Positions 12,223 to 25,938 are shown, numbered from the whole stretch's first letter. The stretch: 62,942 nucleotides of DNA, filler included, from Reticulomyxa filosa (GCA_000512085.1; 18 parts of 18 records of this genome joined end to end with filler, not necessarily neighbours in it), one strand, 5' to 3'. Notes: generated by a model not told the origin, from the sequence alone. Translations and numbers: made by a program.

Positions 12223-12322
12223 NNNNNNNNNNNNNNNNNNNNNNNNNNNNNNNNNNNNNNNNNNNNTTAATTAATTAANNNNNNNNNNNNNNNNNNNNNN
12301 NNNNNNNNNNNNNNNNNNNNNN

Positions 12323-12354
<32 letters not shown>

Positions 12355-13938
12355 AAATAATGGAATGGGCGAGAAAAAAAGCCATTCTCATAACAGTGGC
12401 ATGTTTGACTTTGCCGCAGCGGAAAGTGGCGGTGTGGTGCTGTCCAGTGCTCCTGGTATGAACCAGGCCAGTGCGATGCTGCACAAGCACAAGGATAAGT
12501 ATATGCTGATGCCGTGCCATTTGAAAGAGAAGTGGGTGATAATCCAGCTGTCAGAAGACATTGTGATCGAGCAGGTGGTGTTGATGCACTTGGAGCATTA
12601 CTCGTCGCACTTCAAAGACGTGGCAATATACGGGAGTCAGCACTATTGCGGAAATGGAGCCAATGACGAGTGGACGGTTTTAGGCAACTTTACGGCGCCG
12701 GCGACCAGGAGTCTCAATAGCTATTCCATCAATGTCACCCACGTGTGGGTGCGCTATATTAAGATTGTGTTTCTGTCCCACTACGGACATGAGTACTATT
12801 GCACCGTCACGAGCGTCAAAGTGTATGGCCGCACCATGTTGACCCATTTCAAAGAGGACTTGCAAGAGACTATGCAAGAAGTCGAGCAGTTTGCAACCAA
12901 TCTGTTTGGCAATGGAAGTCGCAACACTTTCAATTATACCACCAATACCAATACCAATACCAATACCAATGCCAATGCCAATCATGGTGAACATGCAGAT
13001 GTGAACACCCAACCTCATCACTTGGGGAAAAAAAAAACAATGGAGTCGATAGCATCTTTTCCACTTTGACCAGGAAGATCAAATCTTTGGATATGAATTT
13101 GTCCATTATGACACAATACGTTGAACAAGTTGTCAATGCCAAACTCTCCGACATTGAAGAACGCTTGCTGGTCCACGAGTTGGATATTCACAAGCAATTA
13201 AATAGCCACACCACATTGCTCCATGCCATTTGGAGTGTCACTTTGTCCGTCCTGAATCATAGCAGTAATTCTTTTTTACCCAAAGCCCCCGCTTCTCCTT
13301 CCTATCAATCGTTCAATGATTATAACAGCTATAACACCTATTCCGCCCAAGATGGGGATGTCCATGTGCAACGACAGCACGGCGAAATTGCGCGGCGACG
13401 GAGACCCTCCGAAGATACCTGGTCACAATGCAGTCTAAAGTCCTCTGCAAACACTGGCATCTCTCCTTCCGAATATAACTTGTTACTTGCAAAATTAGAA
13501 ACACTTCAACGAATTTTGAATCAATTAATTGCATTTGTCGTTCTACTTTTAGTTGTGGTCATGCCCTTTTTCTTTAGATATGTCTGGCTATTTTGCTGCA
13601 GAAATTATTGCATGTCGATAAAACAAAATGATAATATTCAAAGTACTGATATCAAACTACAACTACAACAACAACAACAGCAACAGCAACAACAACAACA
13701 ATCGCCACAACAGTCTGCAGAAGCGAGAAAGTCGTTCTCCTCCTTGCAGGATCGTCAACAGATCATCACATCACCTCACTCCAGACATAGGAGCAGCAGT
13801 ATAAGTGTCTCATATAATAAGCATGTACAAACACATGCCGCACATCTACAACTTGACTTTCCTCAAGCAGATATGCTCCCAAAGCATAAGAAAAATAGAC
13901 ATGCACGAATGAGGAAGCAGATGCAATCCACCATTTGA
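12323..13938 (+). CDS. Mid-SUN domain protein (SUCO/Slp1 type) with coiled coil, TM helix and poly-Q tail; 5'-partial
   Basis: FDFAAAESG, KDKYMLMPC, WVIIQLSEDI, EHYSS, VRYIKIVFLSHYGHEYYCTVTSVKVYG. After a frameshift in the A-run at 13028-13037 it reads SIFSTLTRKIKSLDMNLSIMTQYVE, then a TM helix. Confidence 0.9.
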
Positions 13939-14476
13939 ATTTGTTTGTTTTTGTCTCTCATCGACTGCAACACATGTTCCTTTCGTTTGTATGAGCTTGG
14001 GTTCAGTTTCATACCCGCACTCCATTTCATTGTTATTCTAGTTTAACATAAACTTTTTTCTTTTTGTTGACCCGCTTATCATCTTTTCCGCGTAAAAAAA
14101 GATTTTTTTGGACTTGTTGTATGAAAGTAGCAGTAAAATGTTAATAGTTTTAGCAAAACATATATGAGAATTATGTTTAAGATAAAAACATTTTTGAGTG
14201 TGATAAACCAAAAAGTCATTGAAATTGAGAAAGCAATAATCTTCCACCAACACTTGAAATTCTTGCTTATTTAAACTATCCACACTGACCGTCATGTCAA
14301 AACTGCAGTGGCAGTTTTGGTTTAGTTTTTTTTTCCCTACGGAATTGTTAAAATCAATAGCAGAGCTCACAGGGAAATGATGTTTCAAAAGCAGATAAAG
14401 AGCTCCGTAATTGATCACAAACAATCAACATCAAAGATGTCAAAAAAAAAAAAAAAAAGAAGATTATGTGTTGTCT

Positions 14477-15948
14477 TCATTTGTTCAAATTCAAGTTATT
14501 TTCGATGAGAGAATGAAGAGTATTGTATTCCATGTAGACTTCGTATACATCATTATCAATTTCGTAGGCTTTATTCAAATGAACGTTAGCATTGTGAAAG
14601 TCTTTAAGCTCAATGTTACATTTGCTCAAGTAAAAATGAGTGTGGACACTGAATTCTCGATAGCGTAAAGCTTCAAGATATTGGAGTACCGCTTTTTGGA
14701 GTTCTTTTTTTTGATAGTGCAAATGAAATGCATAGAAATAATGGAAGTACCATTTGTTTCTTGGATCGGTTGGAAACTTTTTGTTCTGTTCCATGTACTC
14801 TTTCCATCGCAAGAAATAAAATTCGGCTTTCTCAATTTTTCCATCGTGGGACAATAAATTGGCAAAGCTCATGTCAATAAGGAATTGATCATCCAATTCC
14901 CAAGGCATAATATCAGAAATGGGTTTGACTTTGCTATCGACCTCATCAGGCGTCATTCCTACACTGGTGTAATAAAACTCATAGGCTTTGGTATAGTTCT
15001 GGCAAGTATTCACCAAAAATAGCAAATAACTGGTTTGAAACACTTTGAGCAATTCCAAATCAGGCGATTCCAAATATTTCAAATAACAACTGTGAATTTC
15101 CTCTTCCAATTTGTATCGATGTTGATAATTGCGTAATATCTTCCCTTTCAACCAGTAAGGGCTCTTCTCTTTTGTCGTGATCGATAGTATTCGATTCACC
15201 ACTTGCAAGGCCTCTTTGTGCCGATTCAACCAATACAAATAGTTACCGTAGCGATAATAATTGAAGATATTTTCCAAATTCTTGTTTTTTTCGAGTGCAA
15301 TTTGCCAATATTTATCCGAGTCACTGTAGCGATGTGACAGCAAGTGGAGATATGCAATGTCACTATAAAACGAGCATTCATCCGGTTGCAACGACTGCGC
15401 TTTCTCATAGCATTTGAATGCCTTATGATACTGGTATATGTCACTTTAATCAATGCAAAACGATTGTCATTTATATATGTATGTGTAAACACTTTTTTAA
15501 AAATGACAATGAAAAGAAGAGGAAGAGAACTTTGAATTGTACAAAAAATAAAAAATAAAAAAAATAAAAAATAATGACGTATACACAAAAATTTGGATTA
15601 GTGTGTTTAGTGTTTGCAACGATTTTGTTTTGTGTATACGTGTAAATATCCGCCAATAAGGCGTGATTGAACGAGTAGTTGGGATCAATAGATATGGCCC
15701 GTTTGGCAATCACTAAAGCGTTGTCCCAGTTATGTAGATTGCTGGCAATGACAGCACATCTTCGATAGTACACATCATGGTCAAAGTATGAATCCGAGGT
15801 CAGCGCTTCTATTTCACTTGCACTCATATTTGCATTTGCATTATCAGTTTCATTTACAATAGCATTTGTATTCAAATTTGTGTTTGCAATTACAACATTA
15901 GCATTGGCATTAGTATTGGCATTGGCATTGGCATTGGCATTGGCATTG
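14477..15948 (-). CDS. TPR-repeat protein; 5'-partial
   Basis: TPR-like units: ALVIAKRAISIDPNYSFNHALLA, CYEKAQSLQPD, YGNYLYWLNRHKEALQVVNRIL, ANVHLNKAYEID. One intron ~15470-15640. Confidence 0.8.
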
Positions 15949-16104
15949 NNNNNNNNNNNNNNNNNNNNNNNNNNNNNNNNNNNNNNNNNNNNTTAATTAA
16001 TTAANNNNNNNNNNNNNNNNNNNNNNNNNNNNNNNNNNNNNNNNNNNNAAAAAAAAGGAGTCTTTTCTCCTTTCTTTTAATAAAAAAAAGAAGATTAATT
16101 TTTC

Positions 16105-16717
16105 TCAAAGAGTGCAAAAACATATGAGAAGGACAACATTTTTCGAAACAAAAAAAATATATATACAAAATTGGTAAAAATTAGACCAATGGAATACAAT
16201 AAATGTAACTGGTATGCCAACAGAAGGCAATGGAGAAGTGGCACCATTAGCAAAATGTTGCTGTTGTTGCTGCTGTTGCTGTTGTTGCACTTTTTGAAGA
16301 GCTTGCAAACGTATCAATTGTGCCAATATTTGCTGAGCTCGCTCATTTAATTGTGGTTTTGACGGAGGTGTGCTCGTGTTGGAGACATTCGATACATTTA
16401 CATTCTCCTTGTTATTGTAGACAGAGGGCGTATCAAATGTTGATGTGGTTTGTGTGTCGTAGCCGTTGACCCTCCCGCGGCTCCCGTTCTTCTCGTTGTC
16501 GCTTTTATTGTTCAATCCTGTAAACGTGGTTTTTAGCGGAGAGTGCATTGCCGTCGTCACTTGCGATGACGTCCCATTCGACGATGCGTCCATCAATTGT
16601 ACCTTGTTCGAATGAATCTTGGTTGCTTGCTTCTAAAGAAACAAGAGTTCCCTTGGAACTTTGATACTGAGCAGTGGAGCCTTGTTCTACAAACGTAGGA
16701 GTTAACTTGCAATACAC
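16105..16717 (-). CDS. Hypothetical low-complexity (S/T/N, poly-Q) protein fragment
   Basis: Coding-like composition and a poly-Q run. No domain recognised and exon structure unclear. Confidence 0.4.
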
Positions 16718-17235
16718 ATATAATTATTGAAGATATTCTAAGTACAAATTTGCAAACATTTGCAATTCTTTCTTCATCAAAGTAGTATCTTCTTAAATGG
16801 ATTTATATAATCTTTAATTTTATTTTTTTCAAAAAAATCAATTTGTAACTTTTGAATAACCAAACGAATTTAATTTTGACAAAATTAAAAAACATTGCTT
16901 CTCGTATTTTTCTAAACTTTTGAAAAAACGTAATCATCAAAGAAATTTCAAAAAATGTCTATTTTTTTAATAAGGAGGGTAAGACTATTTAGAAACTTTT
17001 TGTAGGATTGAATACTATTTTCTTTATAAAAAAAGTCGTATAAAGGGGAGAAGTCCAGCTAATAAAATCCTTTTATCACATGATTTTAATATCAAATGAT
17101 AAAAAATTTAATTGATGGCTTAATTGTTTGGTGTTGCAAGTTCTGATGCAAGAAAACAGAAATGGAACGAAAGACAAAAGAGAAAGGAAGAGATTAGTGT
17201 AAAAGCAAGAGTGACGAAGTATAATTAATAAAAAG

Positions 17236-17850
17236 TCATTTTTGTGTGTACACATTGGCAACGAAAACATTGTCTCTCTTATCAATTTTCCAATACAAGA
17301 TTTGTTCAATTCGTTGGGCATCGAACAACAACACACTGCCAGCATCCATTGGAATGTTAGGGATGTGAAAAGCATGATCTTGATTGTGTTGATTATGTCT
17401 AATATCGCTTTCTTTTCTCACGTCCATCTCTTTGTAAGTCACCACTGCGCCTTTAAGTGCAACAAGCGCCCCAAGTTTCAACGTATCACGTATTGAAGGA
17501 TCTGAGCATATTTCAAAACAAAACAATTAACATATATGCATATATGTACATATATATATGTATATATATATGTATATGTATATAGCATGTACAAAAACGA
17601 AAGGCTAACCAGGACATTGCAAAGTCGGCGAGAACAACGGGATTAGCAAAGGTGTTTTGTAGGTGTTGTTGTGTTCAGAGTCGAGTGTGGCATCGACCTT
17701 TGATTTTTCCAAAAACAAGGTATCGCACTGGGCCAAGTTGAAATCAAAGGCTCCGGCGTTGGGATTTCTTAAATCAGCGAGAAAGAGCTGTCGACAAATG
17801 GAGAGAAGACGTGGTTCAAGATAGTTGTGATTCCATTGTGATGACAATGA
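17236..17850 (-). CDS. Hypothetical protein, 3' exons
   Basis: Two coding-like ORFs separated by a (TA)-rich intron ~17512-17608. Stop at 17236. Confidence 0.5.
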
Positions 17851-18064
17851 TGATAGAGAGGATGGAGATGATGATGATGATGATGATGATGATATGATAT
17901 GATTTAAAAAGGAGATGTGGATTATGCACAATGTGCATATNNNNNNNNNNNNNNNNNNNNNNNNNNNNNNNNNNNNNNNNNNNNTTAATTAATTAANNNN
18001 NNNNNNNNNNNNNNNNNNNNNNNNNNNNNNNNNNNNNNNNAAGAGCTGACGAAGAAGACGGCCG

Positions 18065-18439
18065 ATGAATCGTGGCTGCAAGCTAATCAGCAAACAACAG
18101 CTGGAACAACCGCAAGCCTTCAATGGAATTGTCGGCTCGTTCATTCACGACTTGAACCAATGCGAGCTATTCTATCGGAAGCAAAGAGAACAGGCCCACT
18201 TGACAGAGAGCGATAATGTCGCGTGGGGAGATGACATCACTGGCTTTGAGTGTGGTGGGCAGCAACTTATTTACAAAATAGGCTTCACTCACAATCAAAA
18301 TAACGCCCTTACCGTTCTCGATTGTTGCATCACATTCAAGAGTTGCAAATTCCTGCACCCGCACACCGATCCAGCAGCGATGGGCAGTACGCAGTGCATC
18401 AAGCCTTTTTTTAAAATATGTATAACATATAATATATAG
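18065..18439 (+). CDS. Hypothetical protein fragment
   Basis: Coding-like GC content next to the linker. No convincing domain. Confidence 0.3.
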   Translation: MNRGCKLISKQQLEQPQAFNGIVGSFIHDLNQCELFYRKQREQAHLTESDNVAWGDDITGFECGGQQLIYKIGFTHNQNNALTVLDCCITFKSCKFLHPHTDPAAMGSTQCIKPFFKICITYNI

Positions 18440-18624
18440 AAGGTATACGTTGTTTTTTAAAAAAATTTGAATATTAATGAGTCCGGCCTATCCCTCTAAT
18501 GAAAAAGACAAATTCATGTGGCTTGGGATTGTGTTTTATTTGTTAACACAAAACCAAAACTCGAAGTGATATTATCAAAAACTTTGCCTTGTATGAACGT
18601 GTACTCGATCAAGTGTGATCACCT

Positions 18625-19270
18625 TTGGGTAGAGAAAAGCTTGCGCACATGGATTTCCTCGGAAAACCTGACAGCCAAAATCAATTTGTCTACAAGTCCG
18701 AAGCATGTGGTTATCACTTCACAAAATTATGTAACACCGACCCAGATCGTCTATTAATTCAAAGTTTTTTGCACTATTTCTTTTTTTTATATTACAATTA
18801 TTTTTTAATAAAATTTATACGTATGTACATATACCAAGAATAAATTTAAACTTTTTTTTATTGCTCTCTTTAACACACTGCACAATCTAATATTGTTGAT
18901 GAGCGTTTGTGCGTGTATATTTAAAAAAAAAAAGTATGTGACTGGGACAGTAACGACAAGCAAGAGTTGACCGGCGAAATGAAAACGAACTTGGGGAATC
19001 AGCAAAAAAAAGCAAGAAAATTGTCGTTTTGAAAGTCACTGAGTTCAAGTCGACAGTGGCTAACTCGTTTTTGGACTTTTTGGCAGGTGGGGTGGACACG
19101 TCGTTGATTATCACCATTGACTTCACGGGATCCAATGGCCACCCTTTGCGACCTCAAAGTTTGCACTATTTGTCTCCTCAGGGCTCGCAATATCACAAGC
19201 CATTCGCACCATTGGCAATATTGTGTCTTACTATGATTCCGATCAAAACTTTACTTTGTGTGATTTGTTA
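18625..19270 (+). pseudogene. Copine relic (collapsed C2B domain plus start of vWA domain)
   Basis: KLAHMDFLGKPD...VYKSE...KLCNTDPDRLLIQ (C2B with segments missing). SFLDFLAGGVDTSLIITIDFTGSNGHPLRPQSLHY, then a frameshift to AIRTIGNIVSYYDSDQNF and an early stop. Confidence 0.75.
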
Positions 19271-19416
19271 ATTGGAAGAAAAAAAAAGATCATGTTTGGC
19301 ATCTCCTTGATATCAANNNNNNNNNNNNNNNNNNNNNNNNNNNNNNNNNNNNNNNNNNNNTTAATTAATTAANNNNNNNNNNNNNNNNNNNNNNNNNNNN
19401 NNNNNNNNNNNNNNNN

Positions 19417-19560
19417 AAAGTGCTTGATCTTCTATTTTTCCAAAAAATGTGTTTTACGATTTTGTTAAAATCATCAACCCATCCCAATTGGATGTCAAAC
19501 AGGCACAACTGGTTGTCAGTATATTTTTTCATTGTTTTCTGCAAATACTCAATTTTTTAA
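19417..19560 (-). pseudogene. Fragment with IQLGWVDDFNKIVKH motif, resembling the N-terminal motif of expanded WD40/Kelch families
   Basis: Hand translation LCLFDIQLGWVDDFNKIVKHIF. The family link is from recall only. Confidence 0.35.
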
Positions 19561-20647
19561 AAAATTTCGACACATGTCTTGTTAATTGGTTTAATTCTTT
19601 TTTTTTCGAGCCAAATCTATTTCAAATCTCTGTTGACTCCCATAAAGGACATTGAAAAATTTGTTACGCCTCAAATCTGACGGACTTTGATTATTTTTGA
19701 AAACCATGGGCAGAAATTATTTCAATATGTACGTCTTTTGTTCAAAAGAAGACAAAAGTATGCACTCTTTCCTATGTTCTTCAGTTTTACCTATTGCTAT
19801 CACAATTTCCAAACACTCCTTGCTGGTATTTATTAGACTTATATTATTAATGATGTTTTGTTTATCAAGCATGTGAATTTTTTATGGGATTGTACAATTG
19901 CCTGGAAAAGTTTTGCTGTTCTAGAGCAAAACCGAAAGAACAGATTATTTTTTGAAAAGAAACAGAAAGGGTACTTTTCATTGTTCAAAAATAAACAGAA
20001 TTATGACAACAGAAAACGATAGAAGAATTGAACTGCCTTTTTCAAATGGAATTTGAAAGACTTTAGCTGTCGAATTCAATAGCCAAAAAAAACTTAGAGA
20101 AAAAGTGATATTTTGTAAAGATGAAAATAACACAAAACAAACCAAAACAATTTTTAAGAAATCTGAGAAAAATCATACGTCAACATAAAAAAACGCATAC
20201 ACATACACAAACCAAAATCACGTCAGCGAAACAAATATTGTTTTCAAATTGTTCCAAGCAATTTTTTTATCTCATTTAAACAAAAATTAAAAACAAAATA
20301 AAAAAGCAAAAACACAAGAGATAACGTTTGTACACCACACAAAAATGTCAAAGCAAAAAAAAAAAAAAAAAAAATACAAAGAAAACCCGACACTTTTCCA
20401 AAACAAAAGCAAACAAACAAATAAAAAGAAAAAAGTTTGAATGTCTTTTGTTAAGAGTTTGTTAATTGGGCCGTTACATATTCCTTGCCAAAGGGGGAAG
20501 AGTTTCTCTTTTTTTTTTTTTTTGTTTCTTTGTGTGCCTATTGTGGAAAAAAGTGGAAGAGACAAACAAACAAAAAAAAAGGGTAGTTGAATGTTATTAC
20601 GATATCAGTTTTAAAAAAACAAACTTGGCAGTGTAAAAAGAAAAGTA

Positions 20648-22371
20648 TCATTCATCATCGTCATCGTCATCGTCATCGTCATCGCCATCGTCGAAAAGTA
20701 CTTCTTCCAAAATTTGTTGCAAAAGGGTTTCATTTGGTTCGTTTTCGGCACTGCTATTTTTGGGCTGCTTTTTTGAGCCAGATTTTTTCAGTGTTGATGG
20801 AGCATTTTCTTGCTTTGGTGTTGATGTTGATGTTGTCGCGTTTGTTGTTGTTGTTGTTGTTGAAGCTGTGACTGCATTTGGAATATTCTGTAAATTGTGA
20901 AACAAACAAAAAACTTTATCTTTTTTTTTTTTTTTAAAAAAAAAAAGAATGAACTTGATTGGACAATAACAATTCCCAATTTTTGCGATTGTCTCTGAGA
21001 TTGGTAAGACAGACGCGAGTTTGTGGGAACAGAACGCCCCAGCACTCGAATAGAGGGGCGACGATGTAATCGATGAAGCCGATTTGCCCTCGCGGGACAT
21101 TGGGATGGAGACGATCCATCATAGGGGAGACGGGTAGTCCGAGTTCCTTCTCGCGGTCTCCCTGTTTGTACCACTCTTGCATGAGCAGATACGTCCAGCG
21201 TTGGCAATCTCGCCACAGATACGTGGGGTTGGCCAAATCGCACAGATGCAAGCCGATCGTCAGACAGTTTTTTCTTTCAGCTTCACGACTCGTCGTCATC
21301 GTCGTCGCAGCAGAAGCAGAGGCAGAAGCAGAAGTAGAAGTAGAAGCAGAGGTAGAGGTCGAAGTAGAAGACGAAGTTGTTGTACTTGTAGAGGTCATTG
21401 CCATGGAATGGCCTGTTGTACTCGTCGCGGCCTCGTCTTGGCGACGCTTGATCATTTCGCGAGCCGTCTTCATCAGGTCACTATGGTAGGTCATGTCGGT
21501 GGCTAAAATCATGTCCGCCAGACATTCGCGGATGTAGCGCCACTCTGACTTTGGAATGCCACTGAAGATGTTGAAGCTGTAGCCACTTTGTTGTGACGAA
21601 GAAGAAGAAGAAGAAGAAGAAGAAGAAGAAAGAAGAAGAAGATGGAGATTTGAATAGTAAACGTACAATTTCACTGCAATGCATGTTTTCCAAAACTGAT
21701 TTGCCATTGTACAATAATGCCAGATCACTATTGGTTTTGATGTGGAAGTCTTGATTGGTTCCGGGATGCTTGTAGTCGTGAACGCACGCGGCCACCAGAG
21801 CGATGAACACGTCGATATCGCGCAGATAAAAGGCGTACTCGTTGGACTGCGTCCAAAAGTACATGCTCTTCATCACGTCGGCGCCATGCAAGGCGTTGTG
21901 ATATGGGTTATTGCCGTAGTGGATTTGGATCCACGAAAAAAAGTGGATGAACGAATGCACGTCCACCTGGAACTTGGAAAACAGATCCAACTTCTTGAAA
22001 ATGTGATGGGCACAAAGAATGATCGATCGTCCAGGACACGCGTCTTCCAGTCCGAAGATGCTCCAGTTCCAATCGCCAAAGTTTTCAAACGACTTCTTCA
22101 TGCGATTACTCAACACGTATCGCTCAAGCGACTCCCATTGGCCCCCTTTCCCTACTGTCGGTGTCCTCGTCATCTTTGGTGTTGGCGTCGTCGCCCTGTC
22201 TTTGCTCTCATCTTCACTGTCTCTTCGTTTCACTAGATTGCGAGCAGATCCAATCGGATGATCCGATCGCAGTGGGTCGTCATATCGTCGATATTGCGAA
22301 AAGTTGTTGCACAGCCAACGCGCTACCTCTATTCCTCCTTTGTCCAACTTTTGTTTGGACAAAGGACACAT
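20648..22371 (-). CDS. Class I 3',5'-cyclic nucleotide phosphodiesterase; 5'-partial
   Basis: NPYHNALHGADV, HDYKHPG, SVLENMH, ILATDM, DLANP, EWYKQGDRE, GQIGFIDYIVAPLF. Frameshift inside a (TCT)n run at ~21630. Acidic C-terminal exon. Confidence 0.95.
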
Positions 22372-22749
22372 TTATCAACTATAAGTTTTATAACATATAT
22401 ATATATACATATATGTATATATATGTATATATGCTTGGAATGGCAATAAAAAACAAACGTCTTGNNNNNNNNNNNNNNNNNNNNNNNNNNNNNNNNNNNN
22501 NNNNNNNNTTAATTAATTAANNNNNNNNNNNNNNNNNNNNNNNNNNNNNNNNNNNNNNNNNNNNATTTTGTTTATTTTCTTTTTACAATCTACAAAAAGT
22601 CCGACCAATTTTTATTTTTTTTTTTTTGATTGGGAGAGAGAGAGAAAAACAAAATGATTCGAATGTGGAAGGAAGATGTGGAAGAAAAAGAGGACTTGCT
22701 TTTTTTAAAAAAAAAAAGATATTTTCCAAAAGAAGAAGAAAAAAAAAAC

Positions 22750-23733
22750 ATGAATTAATGAAATAAATATCAAAACTTCAGTTTTGCAATTTTCATCAAC
22801 AGATGGGACGACACCACTAGGTTTCGACTCTTCCATGTCGACCGCTTCATCATTTTCATCCGAAATAAAAAGTTCTTGGTACGCCTATGTGCCCCCCCCC
22901 CCCTCCCTTCATGCTATTATCATTCTCTTTTTTTTTAATGAAAAATTGAAGTCACTTTATGTTTCACCCAATCAAAAAAAAAAAAAAAGAGAAGAAGAAA
23001 AACTAACTGCAGATTGGAAGCTGGGAAGTAAATTCCGTGAATTGTCGGTAGTTGACAAACGCATCTGAGGGAAAAAAAAAAGAAATACAACTAAAAGTCA
23101 TACAAATATATTGAATCAGGAGGGGGAAAAAAAAAGACAAAGTTAAGAGAAACTCGTTTGGAGGGGTTTGAGTCGATTTCTTCGTTGTCATTGCCCTCAT
23201 TTTTGTTTTGTTTATCTTTATTGAGATTATGTCGGCTGAAAAAACTAGGATCCAACGTTTGGCGACGACCGTTAGAAGATGTGGACAGCTCATTCAAAGG
23301 TCGCTTTTTTCCACTTATTCTTGGATTAGGAGAGTTTTGAGGTAGTGTCATTGTTTGGAACAATGCCGAGTTATCCAATTTTTTGCTCTATTATTTTTTT
23401 TTTTAAGTACTGCTTTTAGTACCTTTTTGGTTCACAAAGATGGTCTGCACGTTTGACCAAACTTTTAAAAGCCAAATTATACGAGCACATAAAAATTCGT
23501 TCGGTCTGCTTCGGCTATTTATGTTCTCAAGAAAGTCGTTGTCTCCTAAATCTTTCAACTTTTGCATAAGTTGTGATTGATTCCATGTTTTTAAGGTATC
23601 TTCTGCTTTTTGGGTATTCAAAGTTCCTTTCATTTATATATAACTCACAAATTACAGTACAACTCCCCGAATTTAATTCACCTTCGTTCAGGTTTGACAA
23701 AGGCGGGAACCCGTCTACGCTTGGTACTCTCAA
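22750..23733 (-). CDS. Hypothetical multi-exon protein
   Basis: Four or five coding-like blocks separated by short T/A-run introns. No domain recognised and boundaries are approximate. Confidence 0.4.
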
Positions 23734-24523
23734 ATAAGAGTTTTGATCTTTTTAGTGGAGGTCCAAGTTTGTCGCTTACACTGTTAACAAGCAACCTTTA
23801 GTATCGATGCAATCAAAAAAATTTTAAAGTCGTCCAAAGTTAATTTTTTAAAAGAAAATGAAAAATAAACGAAGACACAATAGCTGTTTTACTTTTACTT
23901 TTTAATCCAACCTTTGGACGAAAGATTTGTTCAATTTCAAGAAAGTGATGTATGTTTAATAAGTTAAGGTAAAGATTATCGCAAAAAAGCAAGATGACTA
24001 AAGAAATTTCATGACCAACAAAAAAAAAGAATTACAAGTATCGCATTAGTTTTGTCATACAAATGTAATGGATCAAAATGGAAAAAAAAATACTGAGTTT
24101 GAGATGCTCTTTTTTATTGGTTGAATTATCAACAACAGCCTTTTGAGAAAAAAAAGTGTACAACGACGTGCTGTGAATGAAAAGAAACAAACAACGAACG
24201 AAGAAACAAATGGACAGACAAATGAAAACAAACAAGTCACACAAACAAAACAAACAAAAAAAAAGACATAAAAAAAAAAAAAAGAATAGAAAATCAACAA
24301 CAAAAAAAAAGTTGTTGTAATGATAGCGTACACCCAGGATATTGTTTTATTTTTATTGCCTTTAAGCAAGACGCGTCATGTGTAAATGCGAAATGGAAAA
24401 AAAAGGTGTTAGTGTTACAACAATACGACACGATAAGAAGAAACGAAGAGCAAAGGTGGAAAGAAAAAAAAAAGGAAGAAAAAAAAAAAAAAGAAAGAAA
24501 AGAAGAATATAAAAGAGGTTGAT

Positions 24524-24713
24524 TTAGGTCATTTGGTTTGACTCTTTATGATTTCTGTGACAATGATATTTCAATGACTGTTTCGTACGATAAGCAGAGT
24601 TACAGTATTCGCATTTGTATGCTCTATCTTCCTTGTGAATCTGTTTGCATTCAAACAAACAAAGATTATTGAAACAAACTTTTTTTTTTTTACATTTATT
24701 TACTTATATATAA

Positions 24714-24744
<31 letters not shown>

Positions 24745-25094
24745 GTATATTAAGACGCGCGCTCAAACCCGAGAATGTTGGTTCAAATTCCTCTTGCATG
24801 CAAAATGTTTTTTGCAAATGCAGCACGCAAACGGTTTTTCGCGCGTGTGGGTTCGAATGTGGTCTTGCAAATACGACCTCCGACTAAATTTTTTTCCGCA
24901 GTAGGGACAGCCTTCCGTATTGGGATCATGAATTTTCATATGACGACGTAGATCTTTTTCGCGATGATAGCTTTTTTCACAAGCGCCAAAATTGCAACGA
25001 TGCACTCGCGCTTCCTCATTTACTAGGACATGACCACCATAGCCGCTACTGTTGCCATTGCTGTTGCTACCACTACTGCTGCTATTACTATTAC
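24524..25094 (-). CDS. C2H2 zinc-finger protein (4 fingers); 5'-partial
   Basis: CNFGAC...H...H, CPYC...HIRTHTREKPF linker, CCIC...H, intron, IHKEDRAYKCEYC...HCHRNH...MT*. Confidence 0.92.
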
Positions 25095-25194
25095 NNNNNN
25101 NNNNNNNNNNNNNNNNNNNNNNNNNNNNNNNNNNNNNNTTAATTAATTAANNNNNNNNNNNNNNNNNNNNNNNNNNNNNNNNNNNNNNNNNNNN

Positions 25195-25416
25195 AATGTG
25201 ATATGTTCTGGATCAGAAGATAATACAATCCGTTTTTGGGATATTCGATCAAATAAGAATGAATTGTATATGATTAAAGGAGATAATGAAGAAGATAGTG
25301 GGATAATTTGTCTTAAATTTATTGAATTGAAAAATAAAGAGAAGACTAAGAATGTTACATATGATTTGAATTTGTGTTATGGTTCAAATGGAGGTTACAT
25401 TCGTATTTGGGGATAG
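25195..25416 (+). CDS. WD40-repeat protein, 3' end
   Basis: ICSGSEDNTIRFWD...LCYGSNGGYIRIWG*. Confidence 0.88.
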   Translation, partial: NVICSGSEDNTIRFWDIRSNKNELYMIKGDNEEDSGIICLKFIELKNKEKTKNVTYDLNLCYGSNGGYIRIWG

Positions 25417-25938
25417 TTTACTTTTTTATCGAATAAGAAATAAACGTATTTTTGTTTGAAAAGTTTGATTAAAAGAAAAGTAATGTGACATTAAACTTAT
25501 TTGATTTGATTGAATGCAAATGACATAAATTTTCTCTATTTCGAAAAACACAGCATAGAATTAAAAAACTTGAAATATTGAATCTTTTTAAATAATACAA
25601 TGATTGATTTAAGAAAAGTTTGTTAAAATCGGATAAATTTGAAATGTACAAAAAGTAAGAAGATTGTAATTTTTATCAATCAAAACATAATAAAAGAAAA
25701 GCATTGCTTTTTCAATTCATTTGAGACGTCAAATGACTTATTCATAAAGTTATAAATGAATTGTTTTCTTTTTCATTAGGAAAAAAAATAAATCAAACAG
25801 CTCCAAATTTTAAAATAAATAATTTTAAATTGATATTAAAATAAACTTTGATAATGTCTTTTCAATTCAAAAAAATTTGAAATTTAGACAAAAAATTTAT
25901 CCCCAAACACAATTTCGACCAACTCTTGAGCCATAATA

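Noticed and set aside
13020-13070. Programmed ribosomal frameshifting in the SUN, PDE, IQ and transporter genes
   Set aside because: The shifts fall in homopolymer or microsatellite runs with no shared slippery or stop motif. Sequencing indels are the simpler explanation.
18065-18200. SPX domain (FIHDLNQCELFY)
   Set aside because: Only a short resemblance, and the downstream Lys-cluster motif is not seen.
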